A DNA stretch of 64,000 nt from positions 19,248 to 83,247 of the forward strand of contig CAJJBW010000003.1 of NCBI GenBank assembly GCA_905182515.1. Direction: 5' to 3'. How positions within the stretch are numbered: position 1 is the first letter of the stretch; every line of letters begins with the position of its first letter. Position numbers and translations under genes: made by a program. This document shows, in pieces, positions 36,306 to 46,494 of this stretch. This stretch comes from an uncultured Candidatus Poseidoniales archaeon. GTDB lineage: Archaea; Thermoplasmatota; Poseidoniia; Poseidoniales; Thalassarchaeaceae. Under the pieces are notes generated by a model. That model saw only the letters and a program-made list of their open reading frames with translations, searched no databases and was not told the DNA's origin.

Positions 36306-37424
36306 ATGTCTTGGTTACTATCATATTTCAGAAATATGAAATGGAATAAGTCTAAAATCAAAAATATATCTATTGCTTCAAGATGGTCTCATTACTCCAA
36401 TGGCTTGATATTAGATTCGAAAGACTCAAATAATCCTGTTTGGATTGTAGGCTCAATATGGTTTGAAACATGGTTTTTAGGCTTAGAAGAAAGATTACAA
36501 TTAGTTTTAAGTAATAGGCTCATGCAATCTTCATCTGAATCTATGGAAAATTACTTGATTAGGAATGATCTTGATCCTCCTAAAAATAATGATATCGACA
36601 TGTGGAAAGAACTCCAAACAGAATGGCACGAAAGAGGAATGGGGATTTTTTCACTTTTTGAGAAAGAGGAAAATGGAGATATTAAGTTACTGATTAATAA
36701 CTATCCAAATTTATATATTGCAATAGGCTATTTATTATCTGCATGGGAAACCATGATGTGTTCAAGATATAAATCCTATTGGAATGATTCTGAATTAAGT
36801 ATTTTACTTACTTTGACTCCAACTTCTGATAATTTCCCACCTCCTCAACCTATCAGTAATGGCGTGTTTATAGATGGTAAATCCTCGCTCAGCGACTCCT
36901 CTGAATGGTGGGAAATGCTAAAAATTGATCCAGAAGGTAGTTGGTCAATCTCTAATGATAGGAAAATGGTTGTATCTAGGGATTTGTTTGAGCGATTTAT
37001 TAAATCTTCAATACCCTATGTCAATGATATTAATTTCCCTAGGTTGAAAAATTATAACTGGAATTCTATTGATGATTTAAATTCAATTTGGTGGTCAGCA
37101 GCAGCCGATTCTGCGCGAGCGATGTTTATCTCAGAATCTTATCATGTGATGATAGATAAAACTGATGATTGGAAGAATGTTGGCTATCGACATTTACAAA
37201 AAAATGGTTTGGGGGTGATAAATAAGGTGCAAAGATATGATGATAACGGAGGTATAATTTTACACATGAAATCTCTATTCCACCCTTCTATTAGTTGTGG
37301 GATTTTATTGGCTTGTTGGGAGCGAGCATATGGACGAAATGGGCAGTTAATTTTTACTAATGAAAATAACATGTATATTGTAAAAATATTTTCTTCTCTT
37401 GTCGTCACACCCCCCAATTCATAA
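36306..37424 (+). CDS. Hypothetical protein, probable tandem V4R-like domains
   Basis: Two parallel halves: W...GMGI...IAIGYLLSAWE and L...GLGVI...ISCGILLACWERAYG. Confidence 0.55.
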   Translation: MSWLLSYFRNMKWNKSKIKNISIASRWSHYSNGLILDSKDSNNPVWIVGSIWFETWFLGLEERLQLVLSNRLMQSSSESMENYLIRNDLDPPKNNDIDMWKELQTEWHERGMGIFSLFEKEENGDIKLLINNYPNLYIAIGYLLSAWETMMCSRYKSYWNDSELSILLTLTPTSDNFPPPQPISNGVFIDGKSSLSDSSEWWEMLKIDPEGSWSISNDRKMVVSRDLFERFIKSSIPYVNDINFPRLKNYNWNSIDDLNSIWWSAAADSARAMFISESYHVMIDKTDDWKNVGYRHLQKNGLGVINKVQRYDDNGGIILHMKSLFHPSISCGILLACWERAYGRNGQLIFTNENNMYIVKIFSSLVVTPPNS

Positions 37425-37487
37425 TCGTGTGCTGTCAAACATTATAGCCAAACTCAAATCCAAAGGGTTGTACTTACGTAACGGCGG

Positions 37488-40400
37488 GTGTTTTCAATGG
37501 CTCTAAATCATAATCAATATGCTGTTGCTGCAATTGTCGCAACCTTATGTTTAGCTGGAGTTTATACAATAGTTGGAGCAGCTATTTCAAACACAGATGC
37601 CGGCGGTTTCGAATCTGCGATAGATGATATATTATTAACTGAAGATGAGAATCCAAAGGAATGCCCAGAGGGTGTTGCCACAGTAGGTTGTGATTGGGAT
37701 GGAGATGGTATCCCTGATAGAATGGAACAAACTCTCTATGGTACTAATTGGCAGCAGGCAGATACTGATGGAGATGGGTTAGATGATGGTTGGGAAATTG
37801 AAAATGGACTAGACCCACTTGACACCGGTCAGCCATGTCTTTCATTCGGCGACTCATCTGGGGGGCAAGGCGATTGCCAAGATATTCCGATTAATTCTGT
37901 AGATACAGAACAAGAAACTGGTGAACAAAATGAAACTTTCCCAAATCCTGATAATGGACCATTGGGGGATCCAGATAGAGATGGATTAACCAATCTAGAA
38001 GAAGCGGATTTAGGCACTAATCCTAATTTGAAAGATAGCGATGGCGATGGCCTAAATGATAAATGGGAATCCAAGTATACATATGAAATAATTACAGCCC
38101 AGGGGCCAATAACGCTACTGGATCCTCTGGATGGGAATTGGAATTGCGATTTACTTACAGCATCCGTAAGAGCGGAAATAGAGCAAGATATCGGCAAAAG
38201 TAAATGGGATGAAATGGGAAACCAATTTGGCCACTCTTGCGATGCTGTGCTTGACTTAGAACAACCTCAACCTGATAGTCTAAGAAATTATATCGAAGAA
38301 AGGTATGATACGAATCCTCTTGCTGAAGATAGTGATAATGATCTAATTGATGATAGATATGAAATAGCTTTCGGAGAAATAAGCCTTGGAGTTCATTGCG
38401 GTGTTCCTGTTTTTGGGACATTAAATATAGATGCGCCTTATACTGACTTAATGCAAGCAGCAGGTGATCTTACTTGGTTTGAACAAGATATGGATGGAGA
38501 TGGTAGATTGAACGGCCCAGGAGATTGGGACACTGATGGCGATGGTATGCCAGATGGATTCGAATATTGTTACAGGGAGTTGCTTAACCCCGCTAATGCT
38601 ACAGATGCATACGGCGATAATGATAAAGATGGACTAAATAATGTAGAAGAGTTTGAAGTTTCATATGTTTGGGGGGATTCTAATTTCACTAATCCTTTAG
38701 ATTCTGATACAGACAATGATGGTATGCCGGATGGGTGGGAATCACTTAGTGGCATACACCCTAATGATGGTAGCAACGCCGACGATGATCCTGACTATGA
38801 TGGATATGACCTTGATAGAGATGGAGGAGTGCGTTATTCTGATATGTTGGGAGTTACTACTGTACATTCAATAAATGTAGAATTAGGTGACTTCGTACAG
38901 GAAAATCAAACAGTCCTTTGGGTAAGGACTGTCCAGGAAGGAAACTATGTAAACATTCCAATTAAAACTCAATCAGAAGGATGGGTATATCACATCAATG
39001 TAGACGTTGGCGATGAGGTAACCAGTAGATTACAAGATCTAATTGTGGTTCTTGAAAATAATGAACGTTTTACAAATTTAGATGAATATAATGCTCGTGA
39101 TAGGGACTTTGATGGGGTTTTAGATGGTCGTTCTACTGATCCTCTAAATTCAGACACAGATGGTGATGGCTTACTTGATGGAATTGAGGTAATGGGTTGG
39201 ATTATAAGAATTGTAGATAATGGAGTAAGGGACGTAATAGTGCGCAGTGACCCAGGGACTTATGATAGTGACAATGATGGACTTAATGATTCAATGGAAT
39301 ACTACGTTACGTTTACAAACGCTACAGATAGAGATACAGATAACGATGGTCTAGAAGATTATAGAGAAGCTATTACTGGCCATTACATTGAGATAAATGG
39401 TTCAACCATTCATTACTTCACAAATGCTTCGGCTTTTGATACCGATAATGATGGTCTAGAAGATGGTGAAGAAGTAATCGACGGCTCTGATACATACGTT
39501 ACACATGCAAATAATGCTGATACTGATGGCGATGGATTAAATGACGGTGGTGAAGTACTCTATATCCCTAGGCCTTGGCAAAGTCCAACAAGCCCACTAA
39601 ATAATGATACAGATGGTGATGGTCAACCTGATGGTTGGGAAATGCAAATATTTTCAGTCCAACAAAACACCAACAGTCATAGTCTTTGGATATCTACTTC
39701 TTCTTGGCTTCCTCCAAATTGTGATTCAATGATAGAATGCGGACTTGGACCAGGAGGATGGGTTTGGACTAATTTTAATACTGGTTTTTCTACATCTGGG
39801 GATAGAGATGGAGATGGAATAATGGATCCAAAATATTTCCTTCATGAAATGAACTTATCTGGATTTTCAATACCTGAGCAAGGCCGTTGGGCATTAAATC
39901 CGTCTAGTATGCTTACAGATTCAATATATGATATTGATAATGACACACTTCAAAATTCATTAGAAGCCCCTAATAGGTGGAATACAAATCCTGTTGATCA
40001 TGATACTGATAATGATTTATTGCCTGATGGCTGGGAAGTTAGTAAGACCGAGCAAGCATTAAGTTTAGGTTTAGTTGATAATAATTCATTAAGTGCACTG
40101 GGATCCAGGGGCCCCATGGATCCTAGGATGCCAGATTCAGATTTAGATGGAATTAATGATGGCCAAGAAGACTTTGATAATGATGGATTGAACCGAACCT
40201 ATCTTTTGAATAGATATTGCCCAGGATGGTCCAACCCTCAAGATTCTGAATGTCATATAGATCCGACTGGCGCTGGTATTGCTTTCTACAATGATTTAGA
40301 GAACTTCACTAATTATGAAGAGTACCAAAATGGGACTAATCCAATTCTTAGTGATTCTGATTTATGTGATGATGGGTCTAGTTGCCCTGACGGCTGGACC

Positions 40401-40616
40401 GATGGTTCAGAGGTCTATCACCAAGATCAAGATGGAGATGGAATGTGGTCTGGATGGGAATTTTTCTTCAATTTCGACCCTCACGATGCCTCTGATTCTA
40501 CTATCGATTCAGATGGCGACGGTTACATAAATAAGTGTGAGAGTAAATGGAATACTAATCCAAAAGACCCTACTAGTTTCCCTTCTCAAGGTGAACTCTG
40601 TGATAACTTTAGTTAA
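37488..40616 (+). CDS. Membrane-anchored protein with many TSP3-like DxDxDG calcium-binding repeats
   Basis: N-terminal TM; many DTD.DGL.DG.E....T.P repeats. Confidence 0.8.
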   Translation: MFSMALNHNQYAVAAIVATLCLAGVYTIVGAAISNTDAGGFESAIDDILLTEDENPKECPEGVATVGCDWDGDGIPDRMEQTLYGTNWQQADTDGDGLDDGWEIENGLDPLDTGQPCLSFGDSSGGQGDCQDIPINSVDTEQETGEQNETFPNPDNGPLGDPDRDGLTNLEEADLGTNPNLKDSDGDGLNDKWESKYTYEIITAQGPITLLDPLDGNWNCDLLTASVRAEIEQDIGKSKWDEMGNQFGHSCDAVLDLEQPQPDSLRNYIEERYDTNPLAEDSDNDLIDDRYEIAFGEISLGVHCGVPVFGTLNIDAPYTDLMQAAGDLTWFEQDMDGDGRLNGPGDWDTDGDGMPDGFEYCYRELLNPANATDAYGDNDKDGLNNVEEFEVSYVWGDSNFTNPLDSDTDNDGMPDGWESLSGIHPNDGSNADDDPDYDGYDLDRDGGVRYSDMLGVTTVHSINVELGDFVQENQTVLWVRTVQEGNYVNIPIKTQSEGWVYHINVDVGDEVTSRLQDLIVVLENNERFTNLDEYNARDRDFDGVLDGRSTDPLNSDTDGDGLLDGIEVMGWIIRIVDNGVRDVIVRSDPGTYDSDNDGLNDSMEYYVTFTNATDRDTDNDGLEDYREAITGHYIEINGSTIHYFTNASAFDTDNDGLEDGEEVIDGSDTYVTHANNADTDGDGLNDGGEVLYIPRPWQSPTSPLNNDTDGDGQPDGWEMQIFSVQQNTNSHSLWISTSSWLPPNCDSMIECGLGPGGWVWTNFNTGFSTSGDRDGDGIMDPKYFLHEMNLSGFSIPEQGRWALNPSSMLTDSIYDIDNDTLQNSLEAPNRWNTNPVDHDTDNDLLPDGWEVSKTEQALSLGLVDNNSLSALGSRGPMDPRMPDSDLDGINDGQEDFDNDGLNRTYLLNRYCPGWSNPQDSECHIDPTGAGIAFYNDLENFTNYEEYQNGTNPILSDSDLCDDGSSCPDGWTDGSEVYHQDQDGDGMWSGWEFFFNFDPHDASDSTIDSDGDGYINKCESKWNTNPKDPTSFPSQGELCDNFS

Positions 40617-40658
40617 TCTCATAAAATATTTAAAATTCTATCTGGGGCTTTTTTAGTT

Positions 40659-41135
40659 ATGTCATGGTGGATTCTTCCTACTACTGCAGACATTGGAATT
40701 AGGGCATTTTCTTCGAGTGCTTCAGAAGTGATTAAAGAAATGACACTTGGTCTCCAAACAATTCAACTATCTGATGATGAAAATCCTAATTTTGAATCAT
40801 TAGTACGCCATACAGGTCATTGGTCAATACCTTTGGTCAAATCAGATGTTGAAAGAGGAATGGTAAGGTGGTTAGAAGAAGTATTGTACCAAGGTATGAC
40901 TGAAGACCAATGGTTGGTAGATGCCACATTTAAAATTTCTAACGAATCAATCGAAGCCCAAGTATCCTGGGTCGACTCTAATTTTATAACTAGAGAAATA
41001 GAAATAAAAGCGGTAACAATGCATGAACTGATACTAAGGGAAGTAGAAGAGGGAGAGATTATACAAGGAGTTGACGCGGATATCCCTACTTTCGAGGGGC
41101 CAGGTTGGATTGCACAAGTTGTACTTGATATCTAA
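40659..41135 (+). CDS. Archease (RtcB cofactor)
   Basis: TADIGIRA, EIKAVTMHEL, terminal VVLDI. Confidence 0.88.
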   Translation: MSWWILPTTADIGIRAFSSSASEVIKEMTLGLQTIQLSDDENPNFESLVRHTGHWSIPLVKSDVERGMVRWLEEVLYQGMTEDQWLVDATFKISNESIEAQVSWVDSNFITREIEIKAVTMHELILREVEEGEIIQGVDADIPTFEGPGWIAQVVLDI

Positions 41136-41138
41136 TTG

Positions 41139-42191
41139 TCATTCTTCAACATTAAATTTCTGATAAACTTCATTAGTAGTTTGAGTGACTCTTATGAAAG
41201 TAGTACATTTGGGTAAATCTTTGATTCTTCGTGCTCCTACGTAAGAACATGCAGACCTCAATCCTCCTAATATGGCCTGTATGGTTTCTTCCAGAGCCCC
41301 TCTATATGGAACTCTTACTTCTTTACCTTCTGGTGCCCTATGCTTGGCAACCTCTCCATAATGAGTTTCCATTGCCTTCGATGAAGACATCCCATAGAAT
41401 GACTTGTAAATATTACCTTCTTTTCCTTCTACTAGTTCACCTCCTGATTCATCATGCCCTGCGAACATGCCGCCTAGCATCACAAAATCTGCTCCTGCTG
41501 CAAAAGCCTTTGCAACATCTCCGGGAGAGGAGCAACCGCCATCTGCCATGACGTGGCCTAATAATCCATGAGCTGCATCAGCACATTCTGAAATAGCTGA
41601 TAACTGGGGATAACCCACTCCAGCAACCTTCCTTGTCGTGCACACCGATCCTGGACCAATTCCTATTTTTACTATATCTGCCCCTGCTAAAATTAATGCT
41701 TCCGTCATTTCTCGTGTAGCAACATTTCCTGCTATAATTATTTTTGAAGGAAACTCTTCTCTTACTTTTTTAACATATTCGAGGAAAACTTCTCTATACC
41801 CATTAGCAACATCGATACATATCATTTGTAAATTTACATTTGTCCCTATTTTTCTCTTAACTAATTCAAAACTGCTTTCTGTTGAGCCACACGTTACTGC
41901 TATAAATTCAGGGTTAACTCCTTCTTCCCATGCCGTACAAAATTCCTTTGTTGAGTAGAATTTTTGTGTACAAGTTAACATTTTATGTTTTTGAAGGACT
42001 TTAGCAAGAGAAAAAAGTCCAGTGGTATCCATATTGGCAGAAACTATTGGAACACCATTCCATATTTCTGTAGAATGCCGAAAACTAAATTCTCTTTCGA
42101 GGTTAACATCAGATCTAGAAACAAGCGTACTGCGCTTAGGTCTTATCAAAACATCATTAAAAGTCAGCTTAACATCTTGCTCTACACGCAT
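41139..42191 (-). CDS. guaC: GMP reductase (E. coli/animal type)
   Basis: [68 protein letters not shown]. Confidence 0.92.
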   Translation of the reverse strand: MRVEQDVKLTFNDVLIRPKRSTLVSRSDVNLEREFSFRHSTEIWNGVPIVSANMDTTGLFSLAKVLQKHKMLTCTQKFYSTKEFCTAWEEGVNPEFIAVTCGSTESSFELVKRKIGTNVNLQMICIDVANGYREVFLEYVKKVREEFPSKIIIAGNVATREMTEALILAGADIVKIGIGPGSVCTTRKVAGVGYPQLSAISECADAAHGLLGHVMADGGCSSPGDVAKAFAAGADFVMLGGMFAGHDESGGELVEGKEGNIYKSFYGMSSSKAMETHYGEVAKHRAPEGKEVRVPYRGALEETIQAILGGLRSACSYVGARRIKDLPKCTTFIRVTQTTNEVYQKFNVEE

Positions 42192-42278
42192 TAGGACCTT
42201 AATTATCGAATGTACTGGGACTTAAGATTGTTCTTAATCAAAAATAAAATACAAGGTATACAATTCTATGGTCAAAAG

Positions 42279-43046
42279 TCATTCATTCGATTCCCGAAAA
42301 AACTTTATCATATTCATTTTTTGTTGAATACTGGATTCTATTATGTCAACCACTTCCTTTATATTCTCAGATTTCAAACAAGTAACTTGATCTTCTATAG
42401 TATCAATAACCATTGAAGCAAGTCTCCACGCATTTTCTTCATTTTGCTGTTTGAATGTTTCTCTTAATTCTGTTGCAAGCCTAGAATTATTTTCATTTAC
42501 TCCTGTAATTTCAGCTATTTGCATGATGTATGTTTCCCATAATGATATTAAATTATTCCATTTATTATCGTTGACAACACCTTTAAGTTCAGGCATAATT
42601 TCTATTATTGCCCGTAGATATAATTTACCATTAGGGGCATTTTCCGAATATTTCTTTTCTAAATCATATACTGAAGGAAAAATACTTTCAAAATCTGAAT
42701 TTTCTAATTCAGGTTTAATTATAGATATTATTCTAAATCTATTTCTTCCTGTAGCACTATATAGTAAATTTGACCCATTCTCTTGTAGGTCATCTACTTC
42801 TACTAATGTACCTACATCAAAAGGGATTGCCCATCCTTTAATCTGAGGAGCCGAAGAATTTTCAACCACATGCCCATAAGGTAATGTTTCCATTACAATA
42901 TCATCTAACATCTGCTTATACCTTGGTTCAAAAACTCTCATCATCATACTATCGCCTGGCATCAACAGAGAGTCTAATACGAATAAGGGTATAATTAATT
43001 GTTCTTGGAGGGGCGATAGATTGTCTTCAGCACTAACTTGATCCAT
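42279..43046 (-). CDS. Stand-alone Lon N-terminal (substrate-binding) domain protein
   Basis: PLF.L..LLMPG......FEPRYKQML, GTLVEV, G..RFRI; no AAA+ or protease domain. Confidence 0.8.
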   Translation of the reverse strand: MDQVSAEDNLSPLQEQLIIPLFVLDSLLMPGDSMMMRVFEPRYKQMLDDIVMETLPYGHVVENSSAPQIKGWAIPFDVGTLVEVDDLQENGSNLLYSATGRNRFRIISIIKPELENSDFESIFPSVYDLEKKYSENAPNGKLYLRAIIEIMPELKGVVNDNKWNNLISLWETYIMQIAEITGVNENNSRLATELRETFKQQNEENAWRLASMVIDTIEDQVTCLKSENIKEVVDIIESSIQQKMNMIKFFRESNE

Positions 43047-43180
43047 ATCTCTCTTAACCTATTATTGCATATTAATAATTGTCTTTATTTATCATCAATT
43101 TAAATTATTTATAACATAAAAAAGCATTTTGTTGGTGTTTATTAATAAATCATTTAGAACTATGATACATAGGATATAAT

Positions 43181-45973
43181 ATGATTTCCGGGAGTAATGC
43201 CGATTTTGGTAAAATCAGTTTTACCGGAACTCTTCGCCCATCGCAACTAGATTCTTCAATTATTATTAAAGAACAACTATTTAAAAATGAAAAAAATCTT
43301 CTAATAGTTGCGCCCCCAGGTTCTGGAAAAACCGTTTTAGGACTTTATGTGTGGTCTAATTTAGTCAGATTACCAACTCTCGTTTTGAGTCCAAATTCTG
43401 CTATCCAGGCCCAGTGGATTGCAAGGGCAAATGAACTTTTTGAATTAGATGGTAGGGAAAGCAACATTGGTACTAATGCCGCTACAAATGGGCTTCTAAC
43501 ATCATTAACTTATCAATCAATAACTCTTCCAAAGAGAAATGATGTAAATTTAAACCAAGATTCTAAAGAATTATGGATACAGAAACTTATTTTTGATGAT
43601 GAAGCAGATAATGAAGAAACCGCAAAGCTATGGATTGAAGATCTTGAACGAAACAATAACAAATATTATGAAAAAAGACTAAGTTACTACCGCAAACAAG
43701 TCAGAGATAATCTAACATCTCATGGTAATTCTTTAGGGGTGCTTCATGAATCTGCAAAACAAAATCTAGAATATCTTTCTAAATCTGGAATTGGCATGAT
43801 TATATTGGATGAATGCCATCATTTATTGGGCCATTGGGGAAGGGTACTTTCTGATATTCGTGAATATCTTGGAAATCCAATAGTCTTAGGCTTGACGGCA
43901 ACACCACCACTCTCCGAAAAAGTAAATATTGGGCATTATGATAGGTATACTAAGTTCTTTGGAGGTGTCGATTATGAAGTCCCTGTCCCTGCTCTTGTTC
44001 GTGATTCTAATTTAGCCCCCTATCAGGATCTTGCATATTTTGTTAGGCCAAATACTGAAGAATTAACTTATATTGCGAATGTAGATAATGAATTTGACAA
44101 ATTAATAACCGATACCATCGAGGGATTCCCTGGCGATACAGATAGATTACCCGGGTTAAATAATTGGTTAATTATGATATTATCTAATCTCCAATTACCT
44201 GGGGGGCAAGCAAAAAATTGGAAATCTTTCATCAAAAGAGACGAAAATTTGGCCAATATGGCAAGAATCCATCTTTTACATCAATGTATCCCACTTCCGA
44301 ATAACATACCAAATATTGAACAACGGTTAACTGATATTAATTATAAAAAGACTGACGTTTTAGTGCCATTATTAGATAGGTATGTCAGGCACGGCTTGTT
44401 GAGGTCAAGGAACTCTGAAGATCATAAATTGGCAGAATTAATAAAACAAAAACTGAGGATGCTAGGGCAACAAATAACTGAAACCGGGCATCGCGCATGT
44501 GCTTCTCCGGTAGGTAGAATAATGGCCTATACTAATGCTAAATATGAGGCACTAAGAGATATTTTGACTACCGAGATGGAAACCTTGGGAGAGGGCATAA
44601 GGGCAGTAATAATTACAGATTTTGAGAAATCGTCTGCTACAGCACTAGTTGAGGGGGTATTAGATGATGATGCTGGGGGTGCTATAGCAGCCTTTAGGGC
44701 ACTTCTTGGAGGAAGTACAGATGACTTAGATCCAGTTCTTATGACTGGATCTACTGTTTTAGTAGATGATGATTTATTCCAAAAAATTATGCCTAGATTT
44801 AATCAATGGGTTTTAGAAAAAAATTTGAATATCAAGTTCTATGATAATGAAAAACAAGGCTATCATGAAATAATAGGAAAAGGGTCTCAATGGCAACCAA
44901 GATATTACACTGAGATGATTACTGAATTATTTCAAGAAGGAGTAACCAAATGTTTAATTGGAACTAGAGGATTACTCGGAGAAGGTTGGGATGCGAGTAG
45001 AATTAATGTTCTAATCGATTTGACTACTGTAACTACGAGTATGAGTATTAACCAATTAAGAGGGCGTTCATTTAGGTTGGATAAGCACGATCCTCAAAAA
45101 GTTTCAAATAATTGGGATATTATTTGCTTAGCAGAAGAATTTAGTAAAGGATTTGATGACTACGACCGCTTCAAGAGGAAACATGCAAGGCTATTCGGAG
45201 TATGTGATGATGGCGCAATAGAGAAAGGAGTAGGGCATGTCCATGCAGCATTCACTGAGGTAAGGCCAGAAGGTATTTCTGAAACTATGTCTCTATTTAA
45301 TGATGAGATGTTAGCACGGTCAAGAAATAGAAAAAGGACACGAGATTTATGGAAAATAGGCGAACCATTTAATGCATCGCCCAAAGAGGCTATAGAATTA
45401 AAAATGAAAGATGGATTTTCAGATGGATTCCCAACATCATTAACCATAGGCAACGCTCAATGGAATGATGAATCCTTAGCTTTGGCTATAGCAGATGCAG
45501 TAGCACGTGCTTTGCGTGAAATAGGAATTTTAAGATATGATACTAAGGTCACCGGAGGAGATAGAGGGGGCGGGTGGATGCGCACGTATCTAGAAAATTC
45601 TAATGAAGAAGAATCAAAAATATTTGCAGAAGCGATGCGAGAAGTTTTAGGTCCATTAGATAACCCTAGGTACATAATTTCTAGAGAAATTAAAACAATA
45701 AACCATACGTGGCTAAGTAAAATATTGCCAGATGTTTTAGGTAAATACTTTATGAAATCTCGTAAAGAATTATTTATGTATCACATGATTCCGAGGTATT
45801 TATCACAAAAGAAAGAAGATGCATTAATTTTCTTAAACCATTGGAATTGGGCAGTTAGTCCGGGGGGGATAACTTATTGCCATACTGAATCTGGAAAAAA
45901 AAAGGTAAAATTTGCTATTGATAAAAATCTATCGCCAAATGGAAATTTCCATAATAAGAGTATATTTATATAA
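43181..45973 (+). CDS. Superfamily 2 (ResIII-like DExH) helicase/ATPase
   Basis: APPGSGKT, DECHH, GLTATP, LLGEGWDA, QLRGRSFR. Confidence 0.85.
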   Translation: MISGSNADFGKISFTGTLRPSQLDSSIIIKEQLFKNEKNLLIVAPPGSGKTVLGLYVWSNLVRLPTLVLSPNSAIQAQWIARANELFELDGRESNIGTNAATNGLLTSLTYQSITLPKRNDVNLNQDSKELWIQKLIFDDEADNEETAKLWIEDLERNNNKYYEKRLSYYRKQVRDNLTSHGNSLGVLHESAKQNLEYLSKSGIGMIILDECHHLLGHWGRVLSDIREYLGNPIVLGLTATPPLSEKVNIGHYDRYTKFFGGVDYEVPVPALVRDSNLAPYQDLAYFVRPNTEELTYIANVDNEFDKLITDTIEGFPGDTDRLPGLNNWLIMILSNLQLPGGQAKNWKSFIKRDENLANMARIHLLHQCIPLPNNIPNIEQRLTDINYKKTDVLVPLLDRYVRHGLLRSRNSEDHKLAELIKQKLRMLGQQITETGHRACASPVGRIMAYTNAKYEALRDILTTEMETLGEGIRAVIITDFEKSSATALVEGVLDDDAGGAIAAFRALLGGSTDDLDPVLMTGSTVLVDDDLFQKIMPRFNQWVLEKNLNIKFYDNEKQGYHEIIGKGSQWQPRYYTEMITELFQEGVTKCLIGTRGLLGEGWDASRINVLIDLTTVTTSMSINQLRGRSFRLDKHDPQKVSNNWDIICLAEEFSKGFDDYDRFKRKHARLFGVCDDGAIEKGVGHVHAAFTEVRPEGISETMSLFNDEMLARSRNRKRTRDLWKIGEPFNASPKEAIELKMKDGFSDGFPTSLTIGNAQWNDESLALAIADAVARALREIGILRYDTKVTGGDRGGGWMRTYLENSNEEESKIFAEAMREVLGPLDNPRYIISREIKTINHTWLSKILPDVLGKYFMKSRKELFMYHMIPRYLSQKKEDALIFLNHWNWAVSPGGITYCHTESGKKKVKFAIDKNLSPNGNFHNKSIFI

Positions 45974-46009
45974 AATATTGTTAAAGTACTTTAATTAAAA
46001 TATGGAAAA

Positions 46010-46087
46010 TGGTGCTCGTGCCGGGATTTGAACCCGGGTCGTCGCCTCGAGAGGGCGACATGATGGGCCGAACTACACCACACGAGC
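46010..46087 (-). tRNA. tRNA-Glu(CTC)
   Basis: Reverse complement GCTCGTG...TCGCC-CTCTCGA-GGCGA...TTCAAAT...CACGAGC-A-CCA. Confidence 0.95.
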
Positions 46088-46209
46088 GACAAGTTAATCC
46101 AAATGACTTATCTTTATCAAAACGATGTACAAAATATGATATTTTCACTTTCACTTTCACAGAACCCTCTCGTACTTTCATTGATATGCTAAGCTTTCCT
46201 CATAGAGGT

Positions 46210-46494
46210 ATGAATGAAATAAAATGCTTTAGTAATAATGTTATTTACAGGAAGAAATTAGAACCTTGTAGAATCGTCCCTCTGGGGGCTCTTATTCAAA
46301 CTAGGAATCCCATAAATAATAATGACCCATCTGATGGAATTTTTGTTAATTATACTGGATCCATTGTGAGTGATGCCGATGCATGGATGCCTCTCCGTAA
46401 AGAAATATTGCCAATTGAAGTAGGTACAACTAGTTGGGTAGGGTTAAGAAAAAGACTACGCGAATCCAAAATAAATTATGTAGAGGTATTTTAA
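46210..46494 (+). CDS. Small hypothetical protein
   Basis: 3' part of the track's 46009..46494 ORF; ATG 46210 follows GAGGT; the stop overlaps the next ATG (TAATG). Confidence 0.5.
   Translation: MNEIKCFSNNVIYRKKLEPCRIVPLGALIQTRNPINNNDPSDGIFVNYTGSIVSDADAWMPLRKEILPIEVGTTSWVGLRKRLRESKINYVEVF

Noticed and set aside
37488-40616. DxDxDG repeats as dockerins (cellulosome) or a binary toxin
   Set aside because: The pattern fits generic TSP3-like calcium repeats; no cohesin, paired dockerin motif or toxin domain was seen.
41139-46087. Integrated element at the tRNA-Glu 3' end
   Set aside because: No integrase or transposase, no duplicated tRNA 3' end that I could see, and no obvious compositional shift.
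46009-46209. 5' half of the track's 161-aa ORF
   Set aside because: It is the antisense reading of tRNA-Glu and its promoter; a better start is at 46210.
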